A DNA stretch of 64,000 nucleotides from Candidatus Spongiisociaceae bacterium (GCA_965219685.1 CBDCOH010000002.1:1696001-1760000), one strand, 5' to 3'; positions 7,957 to 18,510 are shown, counted from the first letter of the stretch. Notes: a model not told the origin generated them from the letters alone. Program-made: numbers and translations.

Positions 7957-9683
7957 CCTGGATCCACCGGCCGGGTTTCGTTGTTGGGGGTGAATAGCCG
8001 TGGAAAGTGCCTCTGACCTGGGACAATAGCTATTAGCAGATAGATGTTGGCCTGGAGTCGGGAGGCACTTCCTGTGAGTGGAGTATCGCAGAAGATTGAC
8101 CGGGTGGGGGTGGTTTTCGATGACGAGTCGCTGGTAGCCGACGCGGGATTGTTGGCAGCCGCGACTTTGGTTGATCGGTTGGGGTTGGAAGCTTTGGTGG
8201 ACGAGGTGGTGGGGCTGGGTGGCCGGGTGGGTGGAGCGAATCCGGGTCGTAAGGTATTGACGTTGGTGGCGTCGATGCTGGCGGGGGGTTCTCATATTGA
8301 TCATGTGGGGCGGCTGCGGTCGGGTTCCACCACCAAGGTGTTGGGGTTTGAGGTGATGGCTCCCTCCACGGTGGGCACGTTTCTGCGTTCGTTTACCTGG
8401 GGTCATGTGCGCCAGTTGGACAAAGCCGCGACCGCGACGCTGGGTCGGGCGTGGGAGGCGGGTGCCGGCCCCGGCGATGATGCGTTGACCCTGGATCTGG
8501 ACTCGACGATCTGTGAAGTGTCGGGCAAGGGGAAGCAAGGTGCTTCCTTCGGGTATACGAATGTGCTGGGTTATCACCCCCTGGTAGCGACCCGGGCCGA
8601 TACTGGGGAGATAGTCGGTGCCCGCCTGCGGGAAGGGGCATCACAGCGGGGCGTGGTGCATTTCGCTCGAGAAACCCTGGGACGTGTGCGGCGGGCCGGG
8701 GCATCAGGAAAGATCACGATACGGGCCGATTCGGGGTTCTGGTCCTATGAAATGTTCAAAACGCTGGAGGGTCTCGGAGTCGGCTGGTCGATCACCACCC
8801 CCCAGTACAACAACGTTCGCCAAGCAATAGCCGAAATAGACAAAGACGCCTGGACCAGCATCGACTACCCCCAAGACGGGGTAGCGCAGGTCGCGGAGAC
8901 AACCATCTGGGCGACACATCGCACCCGCCGCCGCGAGCGCATGAAACTCCGCCTAGTCGTCCGCCGCACCCGCCTGGTCGGTTCCCAGGCACAGCTATGG
9001 CCCGACTGGCGGTACCACAGCTTCGTAACCAACCTGGACCAGACAACCACCGAAGCCGACCAACACCACCACCCGAACACCGACAACGACAGCGAAGATA
9101 ACGGACACCAGATAGTCGAAGCCGACCGATACCACCGCCACCACGCCGTGTGCGAACTCGCCATCCGCGACCTCAAAGCCTCCGCCGGGCTCTCCCACCT
9201 ACCCTCAGCGAAGTTCTGCGCTAACGCCGCCTGGCTCGCCTGCGCCGTCCTAGCGCACAACATCTACCGCTGGATAGCCCTCCTCGGCTCGACCCAACCC
9301 AAGGGACAACTCGTCTACGGACCTACCATCCGTACCCGCCTCTTCGGCATACCCGGACGGATCGTCAACCACAGCGGCCGCCACATACTACGCCTACCCG
9401 CCCGATGGCCCTGGGCACACACCTACCAAACCACCCTCCGACACCTCCGCGCCCTACCACAACTCTGCTAAACCCCAAAACAGACCCCCCGGCACCGTAA
9501 CCAACCAGCCGAACCCCGAACCCAACACGTCCCAAACCGCCCCGACCACTGACCAAACCAGCCGAAAACCCCCGACCACCCCTACCACCCGCCGAAACCA
9601 ACCAGATCAACCCACCCCCACCCCTCAACCACCCCAACACCCCTCCCGAACCGCCCCCCGGCAACGCCATCGGTGGATTCAGG
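7957..9683 (+). mobile_element. IS1380-family insertion sequence
   Basis: 13-bp TIRs CCTGGATCCACCG / CGGTGGATTCAGG (1 mismatch); CTTAG direct repeats at 7952-7956 and 9684-9688. Confidence 0.92.
8044..9471 (+). CDS. IS1380-family transposase
   Basis: LDLDST..EV.G..KQG..FGY....GYHPL, RADSGF, HA.CE.AIRDLK...GL.HLPS..F.ANAAW, LRLP.RWPW. Confidence 0.95.
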   Translation: MLAWSREALPVSGVSQKIDRVGVVFDDESLVADAGLLAAATLVDRLGLEALVDEVVGLGGRVGGANPGRKVLTLVASMLAGGSHIDHVGRLRSGSTTKVLGFEVMAPSTVGTFLRSFTWGHVRQLDKAATATLGRAWEAGAGPGDDALTLDLDSTICEVSGKGKQGASFGYTNVLGYHPLVATRADTGEIVGARLREGASQRGVVHFARETLGRVRRAGASGKITIRADSGFWSYEMFKTLEGLGVGWSITTPQYNNVRQAIAEIDKDAWTSIDYPQDGVAQVAETTIWATHRTRRRERMKLRLVVRRTRLVGSQAQLWPDWRYHSFVTNLDQTTTEADQHHHPNTDNDSEDNGHQIVEADRYHRHHAVCELAIRDLKASAGLSHLPSAKFCANAAWLACAVLAHNIYRWIALLGSTQPKGQLVYGPTIRTRLFGIPGRIVNHSGRHILRLPARWPWAHTYQTTLRHLRALPQLC

Positions 9684-9865
9684 CTTAGAGTGTGGGGAAG
9701 AAACGACCAAGACTCTTTATGAGGTCACATCCGCTGCGGACTAGCTGCCCATGCCCCGACCGGTGCCCGGGCGGCAGATCTGGGGTAAGGCACGACAGCA
9801 TATTCCTGGTGGGTCAGACCGGGCCCCGGTCCCATCCTAGAGCGTCCGCCGCGGCGGACGCTCGG

Positions 9866-10804
9866 TCAACGAAGACCGCGCACGAACGGTTGGGCGAGGG
9901 CGGCCGGCTGGCGGAAGCGCTCGGTGATGAAGTACATGACACCCAGGGTCAGCACGTACGGCAGGGCGGCCAGCAACTGGGCGTTGACCTGGTAGCCGAG
10001 CACGGGAACCGCCAGACGGAAGGCATCGGCCAGCCCGAATAGGAGAGCACCGAGGATCGTGCCGCGCAGTCTCCATCCGCCGAAGTAGACAGCCGCGATG
10101 GCGATGAAGCCGCGACCGCCGACGGCCCCGGTGTCGAAGCTTCCGACCTGGCCGAGCACAAGAAACGCGCCGCCCAGTCCCGCCAGCATGCCGCCGTAGT
10201 AGATCGCCTGGCGCCGCCGCTTGTTCACGTCGATGCCCGAGACATCCGCCGCCTGCGGGTTCTCGCCCACGGAGCGGACCTCGAGCCCCCACCGCGTCCG
10301 GTACAGGACCCACCATGTCAGCGGGACCAGCGGGTAGAGGAGGTAGGTGGGCCAGGTCTGCCCGAACAGAGCAGGGCCGATCAGCGGAAGATCGGAGAGG
10401 AACGGGATCTGCAGGACTCCTGCCCGCTCGGCGACCGGATCGATCGACGCACTCAGGAACCCGACCAGGCCCAGCACCAGAATGTTCACCGTGATACCCA
10501 CCACGAACTGGTCGGCGGCGAGGCGGTGGCTCATGTTCGCCTGCAGCATCGCGACCACCAACCCCGAGCCGACGCCCAGGACCAGGCCCACCCACACCGA
10601 CCCGCTGGCGCTGAAGGCGACCGCACCCCCGAAGGCCCCCGCCAGCAGCGAACCCTCGACCGATATGTTGATGGTTCCGGCCTTCTCCGCCACCAGTTCC
10701 CCCAATGCCGCGAACGCCAGGAAGGCTCCCAACCGGACCGCGCTCCCGTACATGGTCGGGCTGCCTGCGATCTCCGCGAGTCCGCCCAGTAGGTCGCCCA
10801 TCAC
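9866..10804 (-). CDS. ABC transporter permease (nucleoside/BMP type)
   Basis: E.AG.INI..EG, RSVGENP.AA...GI.V, GRGFIAIAA..FG.W, ALPYVLT. Confidence 0.9.
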   Translation of the reverse strand: MMGDLLGGLAEIAGSPTMYGSAVRLGAFLAFAALGELVAEKAGTINISVEGSLLAGAFGGAVAFSASGSVWVGLVLGVGSGLVVAMLQANMSHRLAADQFVVGITVNILVLGLVGFLSASIDPVAERAGVLQIPFLSDLPLIGPALFGQTWPTYLLYPLVPLTWWVLYRTRWGLEVRSVGENPQAADVSGIDVNKRRRQAIYYGGMLAGLGGAFLVLGQVGSFDTGAVGGRGFIAIAAVYFGGWRLRGTILGALLFGLADAFRLAVPVLGYQVNAQLLAALPYVLTLGVMYFITERFRQPAALAQPFVRGLR

Positions 10805-11928
10805 GCTTCCCCGACACCGGCAGTGGTCACCGTGCCACGCTGCTCACGCAGGAACTGGACTGCCGGGGGAATCAGGAGGGCCAGCACCAGGAGCGCCTGG
10901 ATGACGTCGACCACCTTGCGATCCACGCCGGTCGCAGCCAGAAAACCTGCGCCCGTGCGGAGGGCGGCGAAAACTATGGCCACCGGAACGCATAGCAGCG
11001 GCCTGGTCCGAGCCACCAGCGCAACCAGCAGACCCTGCCACCCGATCTCGTTCGAGAACCCCGCTGTGAGACGGGCGCTGGAGGCGCCACCCGCCATCAT
11101 CATCGCTCCTGCAAAGCCCGCCAGCGCCCCCGACGCGAAGAGCGCGGCGCTCCCCGCCCGGGCCACCGCCACGCCGGCCTGCTGAGCAACGTTGGGGCCG
11201 GCGCCGAGCAGCCGCAGCTTGAACCCCGGCACGGTTCTCGCCAGCAGGAATGCCACCGCCCCGGCCCCTGCCAGCGCGACGAGGAAGCCTGCGTGGAACT
11301 CGTTGCCGAACACCGTGACGACCGGCAGGCGGACCGAGGCGGGCAGGGATGCACTGGTCACGGCCTGGCTGGGCCGGTTCGGATCCAAATCACGGAGGAA
11401 CCAGTCGGTCGTGATCGCGAACCCGACCACCTGGAAGGCAACGAACACCAGCAGGAGGGTGGAGATGACTTCCGGCACTCCTCTGCGGAATCGCATAAGC
11501 GCCGCCAGTCCGGCATAGGCGCCGCCCGTGACCGCCGCAAGCACCAGGCCACCTACGAGCAGGAGCGGGCCCGGACCGGGAAGCCTGGTCCCCACCAGAG
11601 CCATGGCCACGGCCCCGATCAGCAACTGGCCTTCCTGGCCTATGTTGAAGAAACCTGCCTTCACCCCGATCACCATGCCGAGGGCGACCAGCAGCATCGG
11701 TGCGGCGTGTGCGAGGGTGTTGCCCCACCGCCCCGGAGCGAGGAAGGCTCCATCCAGCAGGGCTCCCAGCATCCCGGTCCACGACTGCCCTGTGGCAGCC
11801 ACCAGAGCGGCCGACAGGACCAGGGCCCCGCCGAGACTCAGCAGGTAGATAAATGCTGTCTCGCTCCTGCGGCCGATACCGGACCCGGACTGGGTCTGGA
11901 CGGGAGGCTCTACCGTACCGGGCATCAC
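10801..11928 (-). CDS. ABC transporter permease (nucleoside/BMP type)
   Basis: FNIGQEGQ, EVISTLLL, G..GLLVAL.A; multiple TM segments. Confidence 0.9.
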   Translation of the reverse strand: MMPGTVEPPVQTQSGSGIGRRSETAFIYLLSLGGALVLSAALVAATGQSWTGMLGALLDGAFLAPGRWGNTLAHAAPMLLVALGMVIGVKAGFFNIGQEGQLLIGAVAMALVGTRLPGPGPLLLVGGLVLAAVTGGAYAGLAALMRFRRGVPEVISTLLLVFVAFQVVGFAITTDWFLRDLDPNRPSQAVTSASLPASVRLPVVTVFGNEFHAGFLVALAGAGAVAFLLARTVPGFKLRLLGAGPNVAQQAGVAVARAGSAALFASGALAGFAGAMMMAGGASSARLTAGFSNEIGWQGLLVALVARTRPLLCVPVAIVFAALRTGAGFLAATGVDRKVVDVIQALLVLALLIPPAVQFLREQRGTVTTAGVGEA

Positions 11929-13508
11929 GGCGGTGCTTCCGTTGCATCTTTGCCTCCCATCAGGAGGCCCAATTGCTGCATGTCGAGGCCCGGACGGGCC
12001 AGTTCACCGGAGATCGCTCCCCTGTGAATCACTGCAACCCGGTCCGCCAGGGAGATGATCTCTCGGAGGTCGGTGGAAAGCAGCAGTATCCCGATGCCTT
12101 CCCCGGCGGCATGCCGGAGGCGGTCGGCCACGTACTCGATCGCTCCCACGTCGAGACCGCGCGTCGGCTGGTGGGCTACCACCACCTTGGGCGAGGCCGA
12201 AAGGGCCCGGGCCACGACCACCCTCTGCTGGTTCCCGCCCGAGAGACGATCCAGTGGAGTGTCGGGATCCGGCGTGCGGATGCCGTACTCACGGATCAAC
12301 TCGAGGGCGTTGGCGCGGATGGCTTCCCGGCGAAGAAGCCCACGGCGCTGCATGCGGTCCAAGATCGGGATCATCAGGTTCTCGGCCACGGTCATGCCCA
12401 GCACGCACCCCGACCGGTGACGATCGGCCGGGATCACCGCTACCCCCGCCGCTGCCATGGCTCCCGCCTCACCGGTGGGAACCGGCTCGCCTCCCATCGC
12501 CACCACACCTTGATCGAGCCGGAGGAGTCCGGCCATCACATCTGACACCGCGGTCTGCCCGTTTCCCTCCACACCGGCGACGCCCACGATCTCACCCTCC
12601 CGGACGTCGATGGACAGGCTGTCGAGCAGGACACTTCCGTCCTCCGCCTTCACGCACGCCTGCGCGATGCGGAGCACAGGCGGGTCGGGCACTGCGCAGG
12701 GATCCTGCTCCATCCGGTCTGCCGCCGGACTCCTGCCCTCCGGGTCGCCGGCCGCGGTCACCGCGAGCAGGGGGACGGGGCGTCCCACCATCGCCCTGGC
12801 CAACGCAGGGACATCGGAGGCGGCGGTCGCGGTCCGGTGGGTGACCCGTCCGTGGTGCATCACGGTTATCCGGTCGGTGGCCCTCAGGATCTCGTCGAGT
12901 TTGTGGCTGACCAGCGCCACGGCCCACCCTTCGGTCCGGGCTCCTTCACGGAGCACCTCGAACAGTTGCTCGGACTCGGCGGGGGTGAGGGCGGAGGTCG
13001 GCTCGTCGAGGAGGATGATGCGGGGTTCGTGCGACAGGCACTTGATTATCTCCACGCGCTGGCGGATCCCGCTCGAGAGGTCGCGGACGGGTGCGTCGGG
13101 ATCCACATCCAGGCCGTAACGCTCGGAGATGTCCCGGATGCGGCTCTTCGTCGAGTCGGGATCGAAGGGGCCGGTCTCCCCGAGCGCGACGTTCTCCCAT
13201 ACGGTCAGGGCATCGACCAGGCTGTAGTGCTGGTGCACCATGCCGATGCCTTGTTCGGCCGCACCCACCGGATCGCCCATGCGGCACGGGATCCCGTCGA
13301 TCCTCACGGCGCCGGAGTCGGGAAGGGCAAGCCCGAAGATCAGACGCATGAGCGTGGACTTGCCGGCGCCGTTCTCCCCCAGGACTCCGTGGACCTCACC
13401 GGCCCGCAGTTCCAGGTCGACTCCATCGCATGCCACGACGTTCCCGAACCGCTTGGTCATCCCCAGGAGTTCGACAACCGGCTGATCGAGCCTAGGGGCG
13501 GTCGTCAT
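11925..13508 (-). CDS. ABC transporter ATP-binding protein (tandem ATPase domains)
   Basis: GENGAGKST, LDEPT, LSGGNQQ, PTRGLD; start placed at ATG 13508 (MTTAPR) after a GAGG. Confidence 0.92.
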   Translation of the reverse strand: MTTAPRLDQPVVELLGMTKRFGNVVACDGVDLELRAGEVHGVLGENGAGKSTLMRLIFGLALPDSGAVRIDGIPCRMGDPVGAAEQGIGMVHQHYSLVDALTVWENVALGETGPFDPDSTKSRIRDISERYGLDVDPDAPVRDLSSGIRQRVEIIKCLSHEPRIILLDEPTSALTPAESEQLFEVLREGARTEGWAVALVSHKLDEILRATDRITVMHHGRVTHRTATAASDVPALARAMVGRPVPLLAVTAAGDPEGRSPAADRMEQDPCAVPDPPVLRIAQACVKAEDGSVLLDSLSIDVREGEIVGVAGVEGNGQTAVSDVMAGLLRLDQGVVAMGGEPVPTGEAGAMAAAGVAVIPADRHRSGCVLGMTVAENLMIPILDRMQRRGLLRREAIRANALELIREYGIRTPDPDTPLDRLSGGNQQRVVVARALSASPKVVVAHQPTRGLDVGAIEYVADRLRHAAGEGIGILLLSTDLREIISLADRVAVIHRGAISGELARPGLDMQQLGLLMGGKDATEAPP

Positions 13509-13543
13509 CCAGGCCTCTTCGTACCGGCTTCGCCGGCACCCTC

Positions 13544-13803
13544 CTAGGCGAATGGTTCCAAGCCATGCGACTGCCGCGAGGCACACTGGACCATCGGTAC
13601 ACAACGATGCTCAGCACAGCTGACACCTGAATGTGCCTGTGTCTCCTTGCGCGGGTCCCCAGTCTTCGGTCGGCGGCGCGCCCACCGGCGCTCAAGTGAC
13701 ACCCGGACAGCGCATTCGCGGCCGCACACGGATACGATCTAGCGCCAACCACCGATCACCAACTACCGACTGCCGACCAGGAGACTAGGAACTAGTCATC
13801 TAG
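13544..13803 (+). mobile_element. MITE-like dispersed element, copy A
   Basis: Starts CTAGGCGAATGGTTCCAAG, ends GGAACTAGTCATCTAG; internal similarity to the copies at 22335, 36495 and 52145. The right CTAG overlaps the BMP gene stop. Confidence 0.7.
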
Positions 13804-15029
13804 AAACCGTACGCCTCGGACAGGATCTCGTAGATCTGGTCTGCGAAGTCCCCGGCTCCGATCCGCGCGTTCAGATCCTCGAGCGCCTGCTGCTGATCGG
13901 AGGTGGGGTCGCAAAGGTTGGCGCCGACCTCCGGATCCACTCCCACCGTGAACCTCCGTGCGCCGCCCTCCTCGGCGGTTCCGGCCAGGATCTCGTCGAA
14001 GATCGGAGCCAGGTAGTCACCGGCGTCGAACATGACCTCGAGGTCGTAGGTGAGGTCTTCCCTCTCGCATCCTGCCGATGATCCGGCGGTCATGACGATG
14101 AGCCCGTCATCGTTCGCCAGCCGGACGATCGGTTCGTGCGCCCCCCCCAGGAACGGGTAGACCGCCCCGACTCCCTCGGCGACCGCGTTGTTGTACGCCT
14201 CGGTAGCCCCGGCGGTGTTGTTGAAGTCGAACGCGAAGTTGCCGGTCGGCACGTAGATTATCTCGAACTCCTCGTCCACCAGGCGCAGCCCGAACTCGAA
14301 CGCCAGGAACGACTCCTTCTCGAAGTTCAGGTCGCAACATCCGAGGAACACGGCGCGATCGGACCCACGTTCCAGCAACAGCAGCCCGGTGGCGTACCCG
14401 GCGGAGATACCGAGTTCCGCACCGCTGTCCGCGCTCCGGAGGAGGCCCGGCGTGTCCTGGTAGCCGGAGCCGCAGTTGCAGTACCAGAAGATCTGGTCGT
14501 GCTCGAGGAAGAGGTCCTCGTTACCGTCCGCTAGGTTGCTCGACCCGATGGCGATGATGTCGGCGCCCTGAGCCACCACGTTCTCGAGTTCGGCGCGGGC
14601 GTTGGCCGGGTCGACCTGGTCGACGATGAGCGGGGGCCGGTAACCCGCCTCGTCCGAGATCGACTCGACCCGTTCCACCAGGGCCTGGTAGTAGGCACCG
14701 TCGTCACGCGCGCCCTCGGTCACGACCGCGATACGGACCTCACCGTCGCCGTTGAAGTCCGCCGCGCCCCAGTCAGGTGCTGGTTCCTCGGCTACGGACA
14801 CCTCCGTGGTGCCGGGTTCCGGGTCTGTCACCTCGGCGCTCTCTCCACCGCTGGAGTCGGGAGTCTCAGCTTCGGCGGCACCGATTGGCGCGGTCGTGTC
14901 CGTGACGATCACCTGCCCATCCGTCGTGTCGGTGGGCTGGATGGCCTCCGGATCGGTATCGGCGCAGGCGGCCACCACGACCGCCAGGACGACCAAGCCG
15001 GGCAAGAACCGACTGGAGATAACTTTCAT
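13800..15029 (-). CDS. BMP-family ABC substrate-binding lipoprotein
   Basis: Lipobox VAAC, acidic linker, D.AY.Q..., GADII; heads the ABC operon. Confidence 0.85.
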   Translation of the reverse strand: MKVISSRFLPGLVVLAVVVAACADTDPEAIQPTDTTDGQVIVTDTTAPIGAAEAETPDSSGGESAEVTDPEPGTTEVSVAEEPAPDWGAADFNGDGEVRIAVVTEGARDDGAYYQALVERVESISDEAGYRPPLIVDQVDPANARAELENVVAQGADIIAIGSSNLADGNEDLFLEHDQIFWYCNCGSGYQDTPGLLRSADSGAELGISAGYATGLLLLERGSDRAVFLGCCDLNFEKESFLAFEFGLRLVDEEFEIIYVPTGNFAFDFNNTAGATEAYNNAVAEGVGAVYPFLGGAHEPIVRLANDDGLIVMTAGSSAGCEREDLTYDLEVMFDAGDYLAPIFDEILAGTAEEGGARRFTVGVDPEVGANLCDPTSDQQQALEDLNARIGAGDFADQIYEILSEAYGF

Positions 15030-15287
15030 CGCACCGTACTCCCGTCGCAATACCGGGGCAGACGCCCGACTCTCGGACCCTGTCCCGTGCTCCGCAAGCC
15101 CTCCCGTGGTCTTCGGCGTCCGCTCCCCGGCCCTTCCGCCGACAGACCGTCCGTCGTTGTCTTGCGGACCGAATAATCCCGTCTCCAGACTAATGCCCCT
15201 GTGCCCCGCCGAATCCCTGCGCGGATCGACTCCTGGCCCCGCAAGAGCCCGAGTCCGGGGTACGGCTCCTTGCCCGACGCAGCCCGG

Positions 15288-16073
15288 TCAACGGCCTCGG
15301 GGCTTGCCGTGCACCGCTTCGTAGAGACGTCGGACCATCGCGGTCGGATCGGCTGCTCCCCAGGTGTTGCGCCCGAATGCGATGCCCGACGCGCCCGCGG
15401 CGACCACTTCCCGGGCATAGTCGACTGCCTCGTCCTCGGAGTCCCTCCTGGGACCGCCCAGGACGAACAGGGGAACCTCGCAGTTCTCGATCACGCGGCC
15501 GAGGTCATCGACATCCGGTGGCGCCATCGTCTTGACCGCGTCCGCCCCGATCTCCACGCAGACCCGCGCGCCCCAGGCGATGTGCTCGGTGTCCCAAGGC
15601 ACCTCCCTGGACCACCCACCCGGGATCGACTCGGCGACGACGGGCATCCCGATCTTCTCGCATTCGCCCACCAGAGCGGCGAGGCGCCTCAGCGACCGAA
15701 CCTCGTCGTTCATGCCGGGGAAAGCCATCAGGACCACCGCGTCGGCGCCGATGAGCGCCGCCTGCTCGGCACCGTGCATCAGGTGCATGTCGTCACCCTC
15801 TTGAGGGTCGCCCATCAGGGTCACCGCTCCGTCCACCCGCAGCACCAAGCCGCACTGGGCGAACGCCCCCGGGTATCTGCGGGCGATATGCCAGGTGGCC
15901 AGGATCCCATCCGGTCCACCCTCGGCTACGTGCTCCACCGCATCGAGAGCGGGACCCTGCCCGGTCGCCGACTGCATGTCGATCGCCACCAGCAGGGCTC
16001 GGCCGTCTGCACCCATGAACCGGGATGAGCGCCTGACCTTGCCCGCGCCGACCGCCGAGGAGACGTATTCCAT
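15288..16073 (-). CDS. Class I aldolase (DhnA/LsrF family)
   Basis: LVAID, GADAV, E.GADAVKT (Schiff-base Lys), VLGG, GA.G.AFGRN.W. Confidence 0.85.
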   Translation of the reverse strand: MEYVSSAVGAGKVRRSSRFMGADGRALLVAIDMQSATGQGPALDAVEHVAEGGPDGILATWHIARRYPGAFAQCGLVLRVDGAVTLMGDPQEGDDMHLMHGAEQAALIGADAVVLMAFPGMNDEVRSLRRLAALVGECEKIGMPVVAESIPGGWSREVPWDTEHIAWGARVCVEIGADAVKTMAPPDVDDLGRVIENCEVPLFVLGGPRRDSEDEAVDYAREVVAAGASGIAFGRNTWGAADPTAMVRRLYEAVHGKPRGR

Positions 16074-16110
16074 CACTGCTTTCCTCCTACCTGGCCGAGG
16101 TGTCCCAACG

Positions 16111-17412
16111 CTAACCCCGCCCGAGTCGCGACTCAGCCTGGTCTCCCAGGGAGATGAAACGCCGGAGGCCTTCTTCGTACACCGTCGAGCACTCCGGATC
16201 GAAGGTGGTTACGGGTGGTGTCGGCCAGTCACCCACCATGCCGTCTCCGGGCCGCGGCCACCACCCTACCGCCGCCCCGGCTGCCAGAGCACCTCCGTAC
16301 GCAGCCATCTCGTCGCAGGCCGGGACATCGACGGGCACACCCAGCACCGCCGCCTTGATCGAGGTCCACAGCCTGCTGCGGGACGGCCCTCCCGAGCTGA
16401 CCAGGCTGCGCAGTTCGAGGCCCTGGCGGGCCAGTTCGATGGCTATGTGAGCCAGTCCGTATGCCGTCGACTCGAGGATGGCCCTCGCTACCACCGCCGC
16501 CCCGGAGTCCTGGCTGAGGCCGACGATCTCGGCACTGAGCCGTGGCTCCCATCTCGGCGCCCGCTCGCCCTCGAGAAACGGCAGTACCAGCACCCCTCCC
16601 GAACCCGGCTCAACCGCCCCGGCGGCATCCAGAAGGTCGGTGACCGGTCGGCCGGTCACGCCCGCCCACCAGTCCAGCATGGCGCCGTGGGAGGCGACCG
16701 GGCCGCCGACGATGTGGATACCCGGAACATGGCTGGGCATCCCGTATTCGGCCGCCCATCCGTGGTCACGAGACGCTGCCGCCACCCCGAGACCCCCGGT
16801 CGTGCCCCCGGGGTCGAAGCCGCGCCCGGGCGTGTCGATGGCGCCGGCCCAGGCGGTCAGGTAGGCATCGTTCGATCCGGGCGCCAGCACCATGCCTTCA
16901 GGGAGGCCGTTGCTGCCCGAGGTCAACCCGATCGGAGAACCAACCGGTACAGGGTCCCCGAAGCCGGGCAGCGGTTCCAGCCCGGGCCAGACACTCTGGA
17001 TGTGCGCCCGGCCACCTAGGCACGACAGCAGGAAGTCCCACATCTGCCGGGGCCGGGTTCCCGGTCCCAGTCGCTCCTCGAGCAGCGCGGCGTGCGCCTT
17101 CTGCTGCCCGGCGAAGTCCGCCGACGCGCCCACCGGATGGCGGTAGGTGAACGCCAGATCCCCACCGGCAGCCACGGTTGTCGGGCCGTGGCCGCCCACA
17201 CCCAGTGCCAGGGGGGCTGCACACGGGAGCCTCATTACCGCTTCGCCCAGTCCATCGAGCCATACCGCCGGATCGGCCTGCCCCACCGGCAGCCGCGGAG
17301 AGCAGCGGTAGGCAGCCCTGGATGTGGCGACGACCCGTCCTTCGCTATCGACGGCCACGGCCCGGGCCGAACCGGTACCGATGTCCACACCGGCAACCAC
17401 GTGGGAGGCCAT
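16111..17412 (-). CDS. FGGY-family carbohydrate kinase (xylulokinase-like)
   Basis: GVDIGTGSARA, LPFLEGERAP.W, RAILES.AY, GG.SRS.LW..IKA; TGATG coupling at 17410-17414. Confidence 0.85.
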   Translation of the reverse strand: MASHVVAGVDIGTGSARAVAVDSEGRVVATSRAAYRCSPRLPVGQADPAVWLDGLGEAVMRLPCAAPLALGVGGHGPTTVAAGGDLAFTYRHPVGASADFAGQQKAHAALLEERLGPGTRPRQMWDFLLSCLGGRAHIQSVWPGLEPLPGFGDPVPVGSPIGLTSGSNGLPEGMVLAPGSNDAYLTAWAGAIDTPGRGFDPGGTTGGLGVAAASRDHGWAAEYGMPSHVPGIHIVGGPVASHGAMLDWWAGVTGRPVTDLLDAAGAVEPGSGGVLVLPFLEGERAPRWEPRLSAEIVGLSQDSGAAVVARAILESTAYGLAHIAIELARQGLELRSLVSSGGPSRSRLWTSIKAAVLGVPVDVPACDEMAAYGGALAAGAAVGWWPRPGDGMVGDWPTPPVTTFDPECSTVYEEGLRRFISLGDQAESRLGRG

Positions 17413-18434
17413 CAGGCCTCGTCGCGCTCGACGAACACCCGGTAGGTCGGCTCGGAGGTCACGTGGCTCAAAGCGTCGCCGACCTTGCTGAACGGGTATC
17501 TGGCGGTGACGAGGCGGTCCAGGTCCGCAGCCATGATCCCGGAACGCAGGAGGGTCGAGGTATTCCGCCAGTCCTCGGGCTCCTGGTTGTAGGCCCCGAC
17601 GATCGATATCTCCTGTCGATGGCACCGGTCGGCGCCGATGGTGACCCGTAACTCGGGGTCGAAGGAACTGTAGAGCACGACCGCACCCCCGACATCGGCC
17701 AGGTCGACGGCCAGGTCGACGCCTCCCATCGCCGCGACGAACACCACGTCCTGCGTGCCGCCCATCTCGGCTGCCTCCTCGGGTGTCGCCACCCAATCGG
17801 CGCCTGCCACGGTGGCCTCTTCCCGGCGCTCGCCGGATGGATCGACCACCCCGATGCTCGAAGCCCCGCCCACGCGCGTCAACGCCAGGTGGAGGCGTCC
17901 CATGACACCTCCCCCGATGATCGCGACGCGGTCGCCCGACCTGAAACCACTTCGACGGACCGAGTGGACGCAGCAGGCGATCGGCTCCCCCATCGCCGCA
18001 TGGACCATGGGGGTGTCACCCACCGGATACACCGACCTGGCGTCTATGGCGATCGTCTCGGTGAATCCTCCGAAGCTGAACGTGCCGTCGGCCAGCGCCC
18101 TGCCTTGCGGGTATGAGCAGAGCGCGGTACGGCCCCTACGGCACGGACCGCACGTGAGGCACCGGGTGAGCAGGTCGAGGGTCACCCGGTCACCGACCCG
18201 GGGCGAGCCCGCCAGCCCTCTCACTCGTGCGCCGGCTGCCACGACGACCCCGGCGGCCTCGTGACCGGCCGAGACCGGATACCAGCGCTTGTCGCCCGAG
18301 AAGAGGCGCCGCTCGAACGTGCAGACGCCGCACACCGCCACATCGACGATCACCTGATCGTCACCGGGGACGGGATAGGGCTCCTGGCGGATCTCCACCT
18401 GTCCCGGTCCCGTGATAACCGCTGATCTCACCAT
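17412..18434 (-). CDS. Zn-dependent alcohol/polyol dehydrogenase
   Basis: CGVC, GHE..G, C..C..C.......C structural Zn site, EP.AC, IGGGVMG; GGAGG before ATG 18434. Confidence 0.88.
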   Translation of the reverse strand: MVRSAVITGPGQVEIRQEPYPVPGDDQVIVDVAVCGVCTFERRLFSGDKRWYPVSAGHEAAGVVVAAGARVRGLAGSPRVGDRVTLDLLTRCLTCGPCRRGRTALCSYPQGRALADGTFSFGGFTETIAIDARSVYPVGDTPMVHAAMGEPIACCVHSVRRSGFRSGDRVAIIGGGVMGRLHLALTRVGGASSIGVVDPSGERREEATVAGADWVATPEEAAEMGGTQDVVFVAAMGGVDLAVDLADVGGAVVLYSSFDPELRVTIGADRCHRQEISIVGAYNQEPEDWRNTSTLLRSGIMAADLDRLVTARYPFSKVGDALSHVTSEPTYRVFVERDEA

Positions 18435-18510
18435 GCCTCCCACATCATGCATGGTCCCGTACGGACTGGAATGACCGTAGCAGTCAGCACCGGCCACATC
18501 CCTCCCTTCC

